Source of the DNA: Octopus sinensis | Lineage: Eukaryota | Assembly (NCBI RefSeq): GCF_006345805.1 | Contig: NC_043013.1 | Location: forward strand, 25,172,001-25,236,000 | DNA length: 64,000 nucleotides | Direction of reading: 5' to 3' | Shown: piece after piece, positions 52,301-64,000 of the stretch | Layout: each line of letters starts with the position of its first letter | Position numbering within the stretch: the first letter of the stretch is position 1 | Program-made: the position numbers and the translations under genes | Notes under the pieces: model-generated | The model's database searches: none | What the model was told of the DNA's origin: nothing | Seen by the model: only the letters and a program-made list of their open reading frames with translations

Positions 52301-52860
52301 AAGAAATCCTCTTCAAAGTTTGGTTTTATAAATTACTAAATTTTAATAAGTTTGATTTTAATTTTTATTTTTACATTACAGATTTTTTTATGCTTTTATA
52401 AGTTTTTGAATGTTTATTTACTGAAAGGCCAACTGGTGCTCATACATAAGTAAAATATTGTTGTTGTTTTTTTTCCTAACTGAATGGAATATTAGATCAA
52501 GGATTTACAAATTGTGTCCAGTGTAAGAATCTTGAAGAAAAGAGAAAGATAAAATTAGTTTGATCATACATCATTTCCACTCCAAATGTGTCATCTACTG
52601 AAGGCAGTTGTCTGAGAAGATCTATATTCCTCCAGAATATTTATTTATTACATGTATCAGTTGGTCATAGAATATTCTGGTGAGAGTTTGTGTTGTTGAG
52701 CTAAGCGTTCATTCTCTGAATATGCCTGTCGTCAGTTTCACTTTCTCTCCATGTCTTAACCTTTCTTAAATCCTGTCACAGATTCCTGAAAATGGAGAGA
52801 AAAACTATTTACCTTGAGTCTGTTGCTCCCCACTAATAAAAACTTGTTGATTGATATCAA
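49374..52860 (+). other. UBALD: Probable long UBALD 3' UTR (3' end uncertain)
   Basis: U-rich and free of recognisable repeats until about 52080. The first canonical AATAAA I found after the stop is at 52835-52840, with ATTAAA variants earlier. Confidence 0.4.
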
Positions 52861-54393
52861 GTCTGTTCATTTCTATTTAAAAGAAGAAAAGGAAAAACAC
52901 AAAAAAAATTACAAAAAACACTGGGAAAAATTATAAGAAAAATATTATTTCATATATTTCTATGATGCATTTTGGAATTTTTAGCAATCTTCCGTTATCT
53001 TCTTATATCGCTTTCATGTGTGAAATATTTTTCTGCCCCATTTCATCAAATATGTTCTGTCACTGCAAATAAATCTGTACATTTGTAAATGTTTTTTGTA
53101 ATTTATTTTTTTATAAAAGTCATTTGTTGTTGAGGGATATGAAAGGGAAAGGTGAATAAATGTGAAATAAATGTCTTTGTCTTTCAGAAAAGGATTACAA
53201 TTCTGGAAGTTATTTGGCAATTGCAATGTGCTCTTTGGTCTTCATAACTATAGATGCATACAAGCTTGTGCACACATTCATGCATGCACACGTGTGTGTG
53301 TGTATATATATATATATGTATTATTGTTAATACCCTATCCAATGCCTTGGGTTTCTTGCTAGTAGAGTGCATCTACCAACATTTTTCAGTTGTTTAAGGA
53401 ATTAGTCATCAGACTATTCTCTCTTGCATTTACTCTGTCCACATAGATATAGCTATGTGGTTACGGTTGCTTGTCATGAGCCCTATTTGGGGATCTGCTA
53501 AAAAGAGTCTCACTGCCGGTTGTTCATTGTATTTAAAGTGAGTTGCTTATGCACATTGCATTTGCAGAGGTATGTTTAACAATATTTAGTAGTTAAAGTT
53601 TGTCTTTATTAGCTCTGGCTAATTCTAGAGGACATTTTAGGTCATAAATCGCAATTTTTGGACTACAGAAATATTGACTGTTTTGAAAACGTTTTTTCAT
53701 TTTGCATTTCTCATTTATATCATTCATTAATATTTCTTACACATTCACATTTGATACTATAACTTCAAAAAAACTAAAATGGTTATTATTGCAATTGAAT
53801 AGGAAAGGATAAATGTGCTTTTTTTTCAGCAGTCCCCATTTGGGACTTTTTGTAAAATTTATAATTTCCAAAATAATTCACATATGAAGAAAATTTAAAT
53901 ACTATATATATTATTTTAACTCCTAAGACACCTGACAAAGCCAAAAAGTATGAATTAAAAAAATTTGGTAGTTAATTAGTTAAGAAGCTCGCTTTCCAAC
54001 CACATGGTTTCAATCTATGACACCTCATGCAAATATCTTCTACCCTTCTACTATACTAAATTCACAGGTCAGCCTTGGACAAAAATTATATTAATCTGGT
54101 CATTGTGTCAAGTAAATGAATGTTAATATTTCACTTATGATCATTTGTGTAAAGTGGTGCTGATGTTAATATTGTTGGCATCATGATGGCTGCTCTGAGC
54201 TTTCAAAGACCTGTCGAATGTAAAAATTCTTTACTTGAAAATTTGATGAGTTGGCAACAAAAGCATCTAGTCATAAAATCCTACCTCAAAATCAATTCTT
54301 GTGCCAGGTTAACATAGAAAAACACAATATTTCTATAATGTAAGCTCGAATCCATTCTTCATATAGTCATTTTCAGTAGGTCACCTGTCTGAA

Positions 54394-54435
<42 letters not shown>

Positions 54436-54480
54436 TCTGCACTGTTCCATATGAATTTTCCATGCTTTCATGGGCTAGAC

Positions 54481-54645
54481 CAGTGGTTCCCAACCTGGTG
54501 TCTGCAGACCCTTGGCGGTCCACAAAGATAGGACTGGGAGTCTGTGAATTAAATTCAAAATTTCATATGTAAATACATAATGATAAACATATTAAAAGGG
54601 GGTCTGTGGAAAAACTCATTTACATAAAAGGGTTGGGATCCACTG
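54481..54645. mobile_element. hAT-like (Charlie/MER5-type) MITE
   Basis: TIRs CAGTGGTTCCCAACC and GGTTGGGATCCACTG (14/15). The left flank GGCTAGAC resembles the hAT target consensus. Confidence 0.75.
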
Positions 54646-55372
54646 GTTTAAGCGAAACTTGTTGAAACTGATTTTCTATGTTCAGATGCTTTTCTTGTTG
54701 CTTACCTATTAAGATATTTTCATTATTCTACTTTTTCCTCCTACATCAAAAGTGATGATGACACAGACTATGGAAATTGAATGTTAATCATACAATTTTT
54801 TTTTTTACTTTGTGCATGGGGGGGCAGCTCTAGCATGTCAAAGAATAAACCCAACGTTTTCTTTGTGTGTCATAAAAAGATGTCATGGTAGGACTTGTAT
54901 TCCAACCTCATAAGACCCTCACCAGCAACAACTACCCAAATTGACCCATAGGTTGGAAGGTTGTTGCCCAAGTGGTGTTGTCCACCAGTGGCACTAGGGA
55001 ACCATTAACAAATGGTGGATGCAGTGATGTATTGGTACAGCACATGCCCCCACACTATTGCTACTTCTTTGAGGTATATTCTTTGTTTGTGATGGGTTTA
55101 ACATTGGAGACAGTCTTGTCCATTACATGCAGCAAAACCATCCCACCTATACCAGCATGGAAGGCAGATGTTAAATGATGATGATGTAATGAAAGCCAAT
55201 TTGGATACAATAATAAGGCAATCTGAAATGTTGGCTATGAACTGCAACTTAACCATCATGAACTGAAGCAGCTGAAAATTTTCTCCCCACAAACAAGACA
55301 TTATCAGTAGATTTCAATTTGTACTCATGACTAGATTGTCAAATATCCTAACCATTTTGTCATCTTCCTTAA

Positions 55373-55592
55373 CCATCTAGCATTCACATTATTCTGTCAA
55401 AAGTAATGCTTATTTCTTCTCATTGTTTTGTTTTAATCCTGCATTATTTTGTAACTCTGAGATTTTGATATGGTAATTGTTAATTTTTAGAATAATATTG
55501 TGGGGTTGATACGAGAGACTAGATTTGGTCAGTTTGAACATAAAACAGGTGGAATATTTTGGCTGAATATGGCTGTCTTTAATGCTAAAGGG
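55373..55592. mobile_element. piggyBac-like MITE, family 2
   Basis: TTAA|CCATCTAGCATT ... AATGCTAAAGGG|TTAA. Confidence 0.8.
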
Positions 55593-56140
55593 TTAAATGC
55601 TTCTTTTATTATATGAAGCCCCTATTGTGGTTGGGGAAAATTACCCTTTCAAAGTGAACCCACTAAAATAAGGTTCTCTGTTATAAAAGCAACCTCATCT
55701 ACCATAAAAACCAATTCCTCCTCTTGACTACTACAGATATAATGATAGTGTTAACCTATTTCTATGTCATGCTTACATTTATTGTGATCGATTGTGTTGA
55801 CCACAATTATTAAATCCTCCTGACCCTCCTCTAATGCAAGGAAAAGAAAAGTGATTGTGATGCATGTTCCATCTTTTATTAGTAAAATATCTGAATCTTA
55901 TTGTTCATGTGTACTTGATTAGCCTCTGAGATCAATTTTCATAACATCTCATGACAATGGTTTTTCTTAGACCTGTTTGCGACATGTTCGTAAACTCACT
56001 TCGTGCAGTTTTCATGTCCAGTTTTTTTTTTTGTTTGTTTTTTTTGCAAATCAGTGTAACATTATATTGGATTACCTTGCCATCTTTTAGGAGTATTAAA
56101 AATCTCTAGATAAATTGAAGAATAATTGGTGAGTGAGTTC

Positions 56141-56375
56141 CAGTGCTGGATTAACCATTAAAAATAAGCACATGCTTAGACATCAAGGGAAGAGAGGAGC
56201 ATCACAAATGGTAAATGATTTACAGGATAAAAGAAATCATTTTAAATGTGTTTTATATAGTTGGAAAAAATTTATTTTATGGGTTTTTTTTTTATTATTT
56301 ATATTTTGATTAACACATGGAGGGCACCAAAATCTTAAGTGTTAAGGGCCTTTTATAGGTCTTAATCTGTCCCTG
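56141..56375. mobile_element. hAT-like MITE, diverged
   Basis: CAGTGCTGGATTAA ... TTAATCTGTCCCTG. The 8-bp flanks GTGAGTTC and ATGAGCTA match in part. Confidence 0.5.
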
Positions 56376-57889
56376 ATGAGCTACTCCTCTCCATTTGTAA
56401 AATATACACAGTCTTACAGCCAGTTGCTTGCTTGTGTAACTTAGTCCTTATTCAGGTATTCCTTGTTGGAAATGGCTGATTTAAGATCTATGGTTGATTG
56501 GTGCCATGTCAGCATTCAGTCTACCTGGCCATTTACACTTAGACTTGTACTCTAATCCTAAAGCCAGGCTTAGATCAGGTCATTTCACTGTGTGAAATAC
56601 AGATATTGCTGTAGACTGCTTGCTAATGTAGCACTGGCTGATTTTAATAGAGGTGTGTATGTAAGCAAAAAAGGTTTTATTGAAGCACCTATGTTAATTG
56701 CAAAGGGCAAAAATCTACTCTAGTATAATTTGAACTGAGAACATATGATTCATCATTTATCTTGCTTGTTTCTCCATGCTGCTATGAGTTAGCTAGATCT
56801 GAGAACATTTCACCACCTGCTTAGTCAGTCTTCATCTGTACACACAGCAACAGACAAAAGGACAAAAAAAAGGTTATTAACTCAGTCATTATTCTGAGTA
56901 AAGTTTTTTTTTATGAAATGCTTCAAAATATTTATATAAACTCAGTCTAATGAATTTGACTGCAGCTTGCAATCAGTGAAACTTTTTTGAAGTATATTAA
57001 ATGAAATTTGGTAAGCTCTGAATATTAGTCCTCTCAGCTGACCTGAATCAAGACAGGAATGGATGCGAAAACAATGATAATGACAAGAAGGAAATAATTA
57101 AATGACATGAATTTATTATGCATTGGGACTATCATATTAAATTACTCTGTAAAACAATATTTAAATGTAGACTCCTACTTGTATTACTTGTTATTGGTTT
57201 AAAAAAAAAAAAAATATAAAGAATCATTACAAAATTCTCAGCAAAGCTACATTTGTGGGGAGATTATGTACCATCATTTAAGGTTTGTTTTCCATGCTAG
57301 CAATGGTTGGATGGTTTGACAGGTGCTGCACTAGGTTCCATAGTCTGTTTCGGCTTGGTTTTCACAGCTGGATGCCTTTCCTAATGCCAACTACTTTACA
57401 GAGTGTACTGGTTGCTTTTTTACACGGCATCATATCATCATCGTCATTTAATGTCTGTTGTCCATGCTTGCTTGGGTATATTAGGAAATCTGTTAGTGCC
57501 AAACATTTTGTTTGGTGCTATCTGTTTAGTTACATCTCTTGTGGTTGAAAGTTCAAATCTTCATAAGGAAGGGGTGTTGACTTTGGCTCTATTTTGAATG
57601 CTTGACAAGTAAAGCAAATAAGTTCCCTTTTGACTTAACACAGTATTCTCCTCTTGTTGATTGATTACCTAGAAACAACAAAAGGTGTTGGCACACTGAA
57701 GGTCAGCTTCATAGAAGGAAATTTAAAAGGTAGCTTTGATTTAATTTTACTTCTTAGTTGATAACTGTTGTGCATTAGTTAGCTTTTGGGGTTAGTGAAC
57801 CAGTTTGATTTCCAGTTAACAAGAAGCATCTTTATTAAACCAGAATCTCCTGTTTCTCAAGAATGATTTCACTATTAAGAAATATCCCA

Positions 57890-58775
57890 AGCTATTGGAT
57901 TATGCAGAAATTGGTCTATAGATTTTTCTGCTAGTATTGAATACCGAGGATGTGTAAAAGCTGGAAGTATGCTGTGTAATGTTGGTGTATATGAAAGGCA
58001 TAACACAGATGAACTGACAGAAAAACTAAGAGGAATTAGATTTAGTACACATGAGAAAACAGAACTGGGGTAGATGTGATACATATGAAGGATAACAATG
58101 TGCCAAGTGAAGGAACCTGCAGAAGACCAATGAGGTGAAAGCTGATAAGTATGCCACCTGTCCTATCGGTGATTTCTTTCTCACTTGTCAATGATGCAAA
58201 GGGACACTGTACTTCAGTATGCAACCATAATATACAATAAAGTATATTAAATGGTTTTATAAGTCAATACCATGTTCTATTGTGTTAGCAGTGCTACAAT
58301 ATCACTTGTCAAGGTTATCTCTTCAGATTTTCTATGGGTGCTAACGAAGGAGCAAAAACTCCTGAAATATCCCACTACACCCTGACTGGCTTCTGTGCCG
58401 GTGGCACATAAAAAGCACCATCCAAATGTGGCCGATGTCACTTCGCCCAGACTAGCTCCTGTGCTGGTGGCACAAAAGGCACCATCCAAATGTAGCCGAT
58501 GCCAGTACGCCCTGACTGGCCCCTGTGCCAGTGGCATACAAAAAGCACCATTTGAACGTGATCGATACCAGGCCCGCCTGACTGGCTCCTGTGCTGGTGG
58601 CATCTAAAAAGCATCCACTACACTCTTGGACTGGTTGGTGTTAGGAAGGGCATCCAGCTGTAGAAACATTGCCAGACCAGATTGGAGCCTGGTACAGCCA
58701 CTGGCTCTCCAGACCTCAGTCAAACCATCCAACCCGTGCCAGCATGGAAAATGGACGTTAAATGATGATGATGAA
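57890..58775 (+). mobile_element. Degenerate RTE LINE 3' end plus tail with internal tandem array and (GAT)n end
   Basis: An EKLRGIR-like ORF2 remnant at 57890-58240. About four tandem units at 58380-58610. Tail CCAACCCGTGCCAGCATGGAAAATGGACGTTAAATGATGATGATG. Confidence 0.65.
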
Positions 58776-59789
58776 TCTTATTTACATTGAGTGTCTCAAA
58801 TAGGAAACATCATGACAAAATCAGTGTTACCTATAATTTCTATACAAGATCTGTAGAGCTATAACCTTAAGTCTTTCTTACTTATATGTTCATGATTTTT
58901 TTCCCCCCACATATCCCAAAGCTTAGACTCAACCTCATGTACACATAACAACACTGTTGCATCCTTCCTGCATAGCTATAATACTACTGCTGTTACTACA
59001 ACTTCCATTCACCAACCACCTAGAAAACTTCCATGGATTCTTACACTAATCCCTTTTTACCAGCAACATTACACAACATCTAATACAAGCTACCATCTCT
59101 TTTTACAAGCGAATGAGGAAACCTATATATTTGTTTGACCTGTTTGAAAGAGTAGTCAGTTCTCCCTCAAGTCACACTTTATCATCTTTAAAGGAAAAAG
59201 GATATATTGAATAATGTGATCTTTGATAAACTGCATCTCAAATAAAACAAATATACTCATGGTTGGAATGTATTTTTTTACCATAGGCTTGCTTGATTAA
59301 AGTTGACCTAGGGCTAAACAGCAGCATAAACAAACTACAAAGTTCAGGTGACTTGCCTGAATGATACACTTCCATGGCAGATGTCCTGATTGAGTGATGA
59401 CATATGAATGTCTGGCCTGGGCTTTAGTCTTTCACAAGCTGAAATATCTCATGATTACAGATGATAGCAGCAGTTCACTAACTGTACTGGTTGCTCCTGG
59501 CCATTGACAGTTTGTTGTCTGTCCAGCCATACAACATCTCATGATATTTGCCATTGATTCAATAAGATTCATTTACTGAAATAGCTCACATCCATTGTGT
59601 TGTATCCCATGATTTCAGCATACCCTGACTAGGGTGGTTACATGCCATTTAACCCAATATCTGGGACCCTGACAGGTGCTACTACTCTGGGACAGAGTAG
59701 ACCTGGGAACAATAGTGTGTGAGATGTTCCTTGCTCTTCAAAATCCTGGAATCATTGAACCAGGGCCCCGACTACTGAATGCGGTTTAA

Positions 59790-59981
59790 CCCTTTAGCAT
59801 TCAGATTATTCTGTCAACTGTAATGATTTGTTATTCATATTGTTTTGAATTAATTCTGCATTATATCTTAGCTTTGAGATTTTGATGATGTTATCACCTA
59901 TTTTTAGAATGACATTGTGGGTTTGGACATTAAACAAGTAGAATATTTGAGTTGAATGTGGCTAGTCTAAATGCTAAAGGG
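59790..59981. mobile_element. piggyBac-like MITE, family 2, inserted into an older repeat
   Basis: TTAA|CCCTTTAGCATT ... ATGCTAAAGGG; the right-hand TTAA is missing. Confidence 0.75.
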
Positions 59982-61311
59982 CCAGCGTCATACTCGGGAC
60001 ATGAAAATTATGGACAACAGAGTTATAATATTCACAGTACAAGACTTGGATGAAGTAAAATGGCTCAATGACACTGCATTTTGTCCAGCATGCTAACAAT
60101 TCTGCCAGCTGACCACCTTGAAGAATAAAAATAATTATAGTAGTAAATTTATTTTTTAGGGGGAAAGGCAGTGACTGATGATCCTTTTTCAGTACCTATG
60201 AGACTGGCAGGGGAGAAGAAGGTGTCTTCAAACAAGAGACTTGTTTGAAGACAAGTTCTTGCAACAGCATGGACTCTGCTAAAGGTACCCAAGGACCAGT
60301 AGATGGTGTTAAAACAGGTGACAAATTAACGTCTACAACAGGCTACTGTAGGATTTGAACTCAGAATGTAAAGAACCAGTAGGAATGCAACATGGAATCC
60401 CATTCGATGCTCTACTGGACAAATACCTCATATATTAATCCCAGAAGGATGAAAGATGAAGTTTGCCTTGGTGAGATTTGAACTCAACATAAGGGGCTGG
60501 AATAAATACTGCAAAGCATTCATCCAATGCCTTAAACCCTAAGGACGGAGGCCTTATGTGTGGCTGCTTGACCTGCTGAAAATAGCAGCAAATCACACCC
60601 TACTTTCTTATCCATTTTCATACCATCCTGCCTCGGACCATCTCTGGTTTAATGATACAAACTTCCAGATTTAAAGTGGCCTAAATTAAAACCTTCAATC
60701 AAAGTATTTTTCAAGCATCAACTCAATTATGACAAAGCTATTTTAATAAATATTTCTTTATTTCCAAACTTAATTGAAATAAAGTCTAAGTATTTCAACA
60801 GAAACATAACAAAAAAATTTCAACAAAGACACATTGGAGACTAGAAGGAGTGGTGTTAGACACTAGTAAAAAAAAAAAGATGTAAGTCATGACTGAAGCA
60901 ATTTTAAGCATAGATCTACTCAATTAGGGTTGGCCTTTTGCTGAACAGCAACAACAATTATTATTATCATCATTTTATTGTCCACTTTACCTTGCTTGCA
61001 TGGCTCAGAAAGATTTTACTGAGACAGATTATTTATGGCTGGATTCTCTTCCTGTCGCCAGCTCTCGCCTGTTTTTCCAAGTAAGATAATATTTCCCCAT
61101 GGCCAGGACATATTGACACAGAATATTGGAATTGAATGACACTGCTTATATGACAGTGATTCTCATTTACAACCAACACACAATGTCAACACAAGAAGAC
61201 ACGCACACATACAACGGGCTTCATTCAGTTTGTCCACCAAGGTTTTGGATGGCTCAAGACTATAGTAAAAGACACTTGTCCAAGATGCTCTGGACATCTT
61301 AAACAGAAGTA

Positions 61312-61513
61312 CAATAATCCCTCGACTATTGCAGGTGTTACATTCCAAACCTCTACGATAGGTGAAAGTCCACAAAGTAGAAACAGTACTGTACTGTATA
61401 TTGTTTTTATTATTTTTGAAATTTGTATATATTTTATTATAAATGCAAAACAACACCACGGAGGAATTGACATAAGCTCAAATAATAAACCGTGATATGG
61501 TAAGGGATTATTG
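61312..61513. mobile_element. pogo/Tigger-like MITE, second copy
   Basis: TA|CAATAATCCCTCGACTATTG ... TGGTAAGGGATTATTG; the body is collinear with 34133-34342. Confidence 0.8.
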
Positions 61514-63519
61514 CCCATATTGGATAACATAGTTCTAAATGTCCTAAAATGACAAAATGGTCACAACTGGAAAGTTCTGTTTTAGCTTTTTTTTTTAATT
61601 ATAGGTCTGCCCATTCAGAATTGACTTAGGTTTTTTTTTTTTGTGTGTGTCACTAACTGAACTGTTGAAAAAATAACAAGATACATGACTGCATTCCATC
61701 TGATAAACCTAGTCAGCACTGCTTGTTTCATGGTCAGGCCATCAGCAGCTAAAAATCATCTAGAAGAGAAGATGAACCCAACAAGGAATCAACCTTTCAA
61801 ACCTGCAGCTACGGGAGGGAGAGGGAAGGGGCAGTAAGGGTTCTGAATCCAGTATGGATGACTTTCTTGACAACTCTTTCATTCAGTTGGTTCTCTCTTG
61901 CAGATGTACAAACCTTTCCTTTTCTCAGACCCAACAAAACCAAGATGAAAAAGTCTTTTAATAAATGCAGAAACCTCCCAAAGTGGTTTACCCTTTTCAT
62001 ATTCAAATGGGCCAGATATTCTTGCCTCTGATACCTACCCTACAATGTCCTTCTAAAAATAAACGATCCTGATCCCGTTATGAGAATCTCGAAGCTACAA
62101 GATAATGCATAATTAATTAAAAACAATGTCAATAAATAAGCATTGTGTTTGACAGAGAAATCTGACTATCGAAGGGTTAAAGTGGTTAATTTTTTCCAAG
62201 TAAATAAATAGATTGATAGATCACATGTATAACGTGGCTCGCTACCTTACATATACAGTCATGTGTAAAAAATCTCTTAGTCACTGCTAATGTTCTCTGT
62301 AGTCCCACCCACTTATACTCTGTATTATTGCTGGGTCTACCATCAGCTCTTGTTACAAAATTTATCTCCTATCTTCAACAAGCTATTGAAGCAGATTATC
62401 ACCCTCAGTCGTTATCTATTAATTACACTACAGCAAGTAATACACTTCCTATTATTTTACTGATATCATGCTCCATTTCTTAAGTATTCATTCATGAAAC
62501 TACCTGTACAATACTGCCTTCCCACCCGTTTCCTTTCAGTGTCACGATAGATAATTTGATAAAGTCATGCCCATACTTTAGCTCTGGCCTCCTGCCCTAT
62601 ATATGGACTGAAACACAGTTTGTAGTTGCAAGGTTGAACTGATTGATCACTGTTACACACAAAGCCCTACCATATATGTAATCTTTTTTTCTTGTAAATA
62701 TTGAAGATAACTGAAATAGTGGCTGACGCAACTCTATCTAAACACTGATACTTTATTGTTGAGTTCACACTATCTTCTGGAGCTTTGTTCTTACTTAAAA
62801 GAGACCATTGTAACCTCAGCAGTCTTAATATAACCAAGACAGCATAATGATAGTTAATTTTGTTTTGAGGGTAAAAAAAAACTTAGGCTTTTATGCATTG
62901 TTAACCATCTACAAGTATAGATTACTTAAAAGTTGTTTGCGAAACTGAGTTGCTGTACTCATTGTCATTTGTGGTCCATTGTCAGCCATAAACATTTCCC
63001 CATTCAGTAATAATATCCCATTTCCTTATTTTCCTTATTTTTTTGAAATCTTTTCCATTCTCTTCAGCCATGTTTTCTCTTCTTGCCTGTTTTCCTCATT
63101 TTGGCTTCTGCAAAATATTCTTGTTTATCATCGTCATTCATATTTTGCTGTCTTGATTAGCAATTCCCATTCTTTCTTTGTTAGTTTCATTTTCATCATA
63201 TTTGTCATACACCACCTTTTAATTTTGCTTCTTGAATTAATTTCATTCCTTTCCTCCTGAGTTAATGTTTTTTCTCATTCCTGATTCTCTTCTCTTTATT
63301 CTTATTTCTTCTTTTTGCCCTTTTCCCTTTTTTTTTCTGTATCTTCTCTGCCTCTTTCAATTCAGCTCTTGCTATCATGCTCTTTCATCACTGTCTGCCA
63401 TAACACTAAACTCTCTTCTGGTAATAGAATAATCTAAGAAGCACTTGATATTGTAGAGGTTGGTTATAACAAAATGAAGCAAGTTAGGTATGCAGTTATT
63501 AGCATATAAACAATCGAAA

Positions 63520-63905
63520 GGTGGTGAGCTGGCGGAGTTGTTAGCACACTGAGCAAAATGCTTAGCTGTAGGGCAGGATTTATGACAGACAAACTGTAGA
63601 CAGGAACTTCATTGTGGGCTAGCTAAGGAGCTGGTCTGCAGTGAAGTAGACTTCCAGTTGAGCAGGATCCGAAAGGCATACGTAGCTGGTGGCTGTCACC
63701 CTGATATACCTAAAGGAATAAATCTTTCACTAACACATTCTCATCTCTATGAGTTTATTTGTGTGAAGCTTAACAAAGTTATATAGCAGCATTTTGTCTG
63801 TCTTTGTTCTGAGTGCAAATTTCATCAAGGTCTACTTTGCATGTCATCAGTAAAATAAGTACCAGTTGAGCACTGGGGTTGGCCTTGTTCCAGAATTTGA
63901 AACCA
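63520..63905 (+). mobile_element. SINE family A split by an unrelated insert of about 190 bp
   Basis: Head GGTGGTGAGCTGGCGGAGTTGTTAGCAC ... AAAATGCTTAGC at 63520-63587. The family resumes at about 63790 (TTCTGAGTGCAAATTTC ... AAAATAAGTACCAGTTGAGCACTGGGG). Confidence 0.55.
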
Positions 63906-64000
63906 ATACATAGATAGTTGGGAAAATGCCATTTCCTGCATATACCATTTCACACATTTTATGTAAGAAGTTAGTGATACAGTTACTTATATATGGATAA

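Noticed and set aside
58380-58610. Regularly spaced repeats superficially like a CRISPR array
   Set aside because: Eukaryotic context, spacers are homologous to each other, and the array is part of the RTE-type tail.
62250-63400. Possible CR1/L2-like LINE 5' remnant on the minus strand (weak YRxD..RGG-like motif, purine-rich antisense)
   Set aside because: Too degenerate to support without a profile search.

Overview
AT-rich eukaryotic genomic DNA, almost certainly from an octopus: the SINE, RTE and MITE repertoire and the microsatellite load are typical of Octopus genomes (inference from recognition, not from a search). Two genes sit head-to-head with start codons 774 bp apart. On the minus strand is coding exon 1 of an MGRN1/RNF157 (Mahogunin) E3 ligase (5289-5376); its remaining exons lie left of the window. 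On the plus strand is a complete three-exon UBALD1/2 (FAM100) gene (6150-6257, 6512-6595, 49203-49373; 120 aa) with a 42.6 kb second intron and a probable long 3' UTR. The same divergent pairing exists twice in human (MGRN1-UBALD1, RNF157-UBALD2), which points to an ancient conserved gene pair. The rest of the window is intronic or intergenic and full of tRNA-derived SINEs, RTE LINE remnants and tails, Tc1/mariner, piggyBac-like, hAT-like and pogo-like MITEs, and microsatellites. It also holds a 361 bp foldback palindrome and a Penelope-type minimal hammerhead ribozyme on the sense strand of the UBALD intron. Repeat boundaries are approximate unless TIR/TSD positions are given. Nearly all ORFs in the supplied track other than the exon-containing ones look like artefacts.
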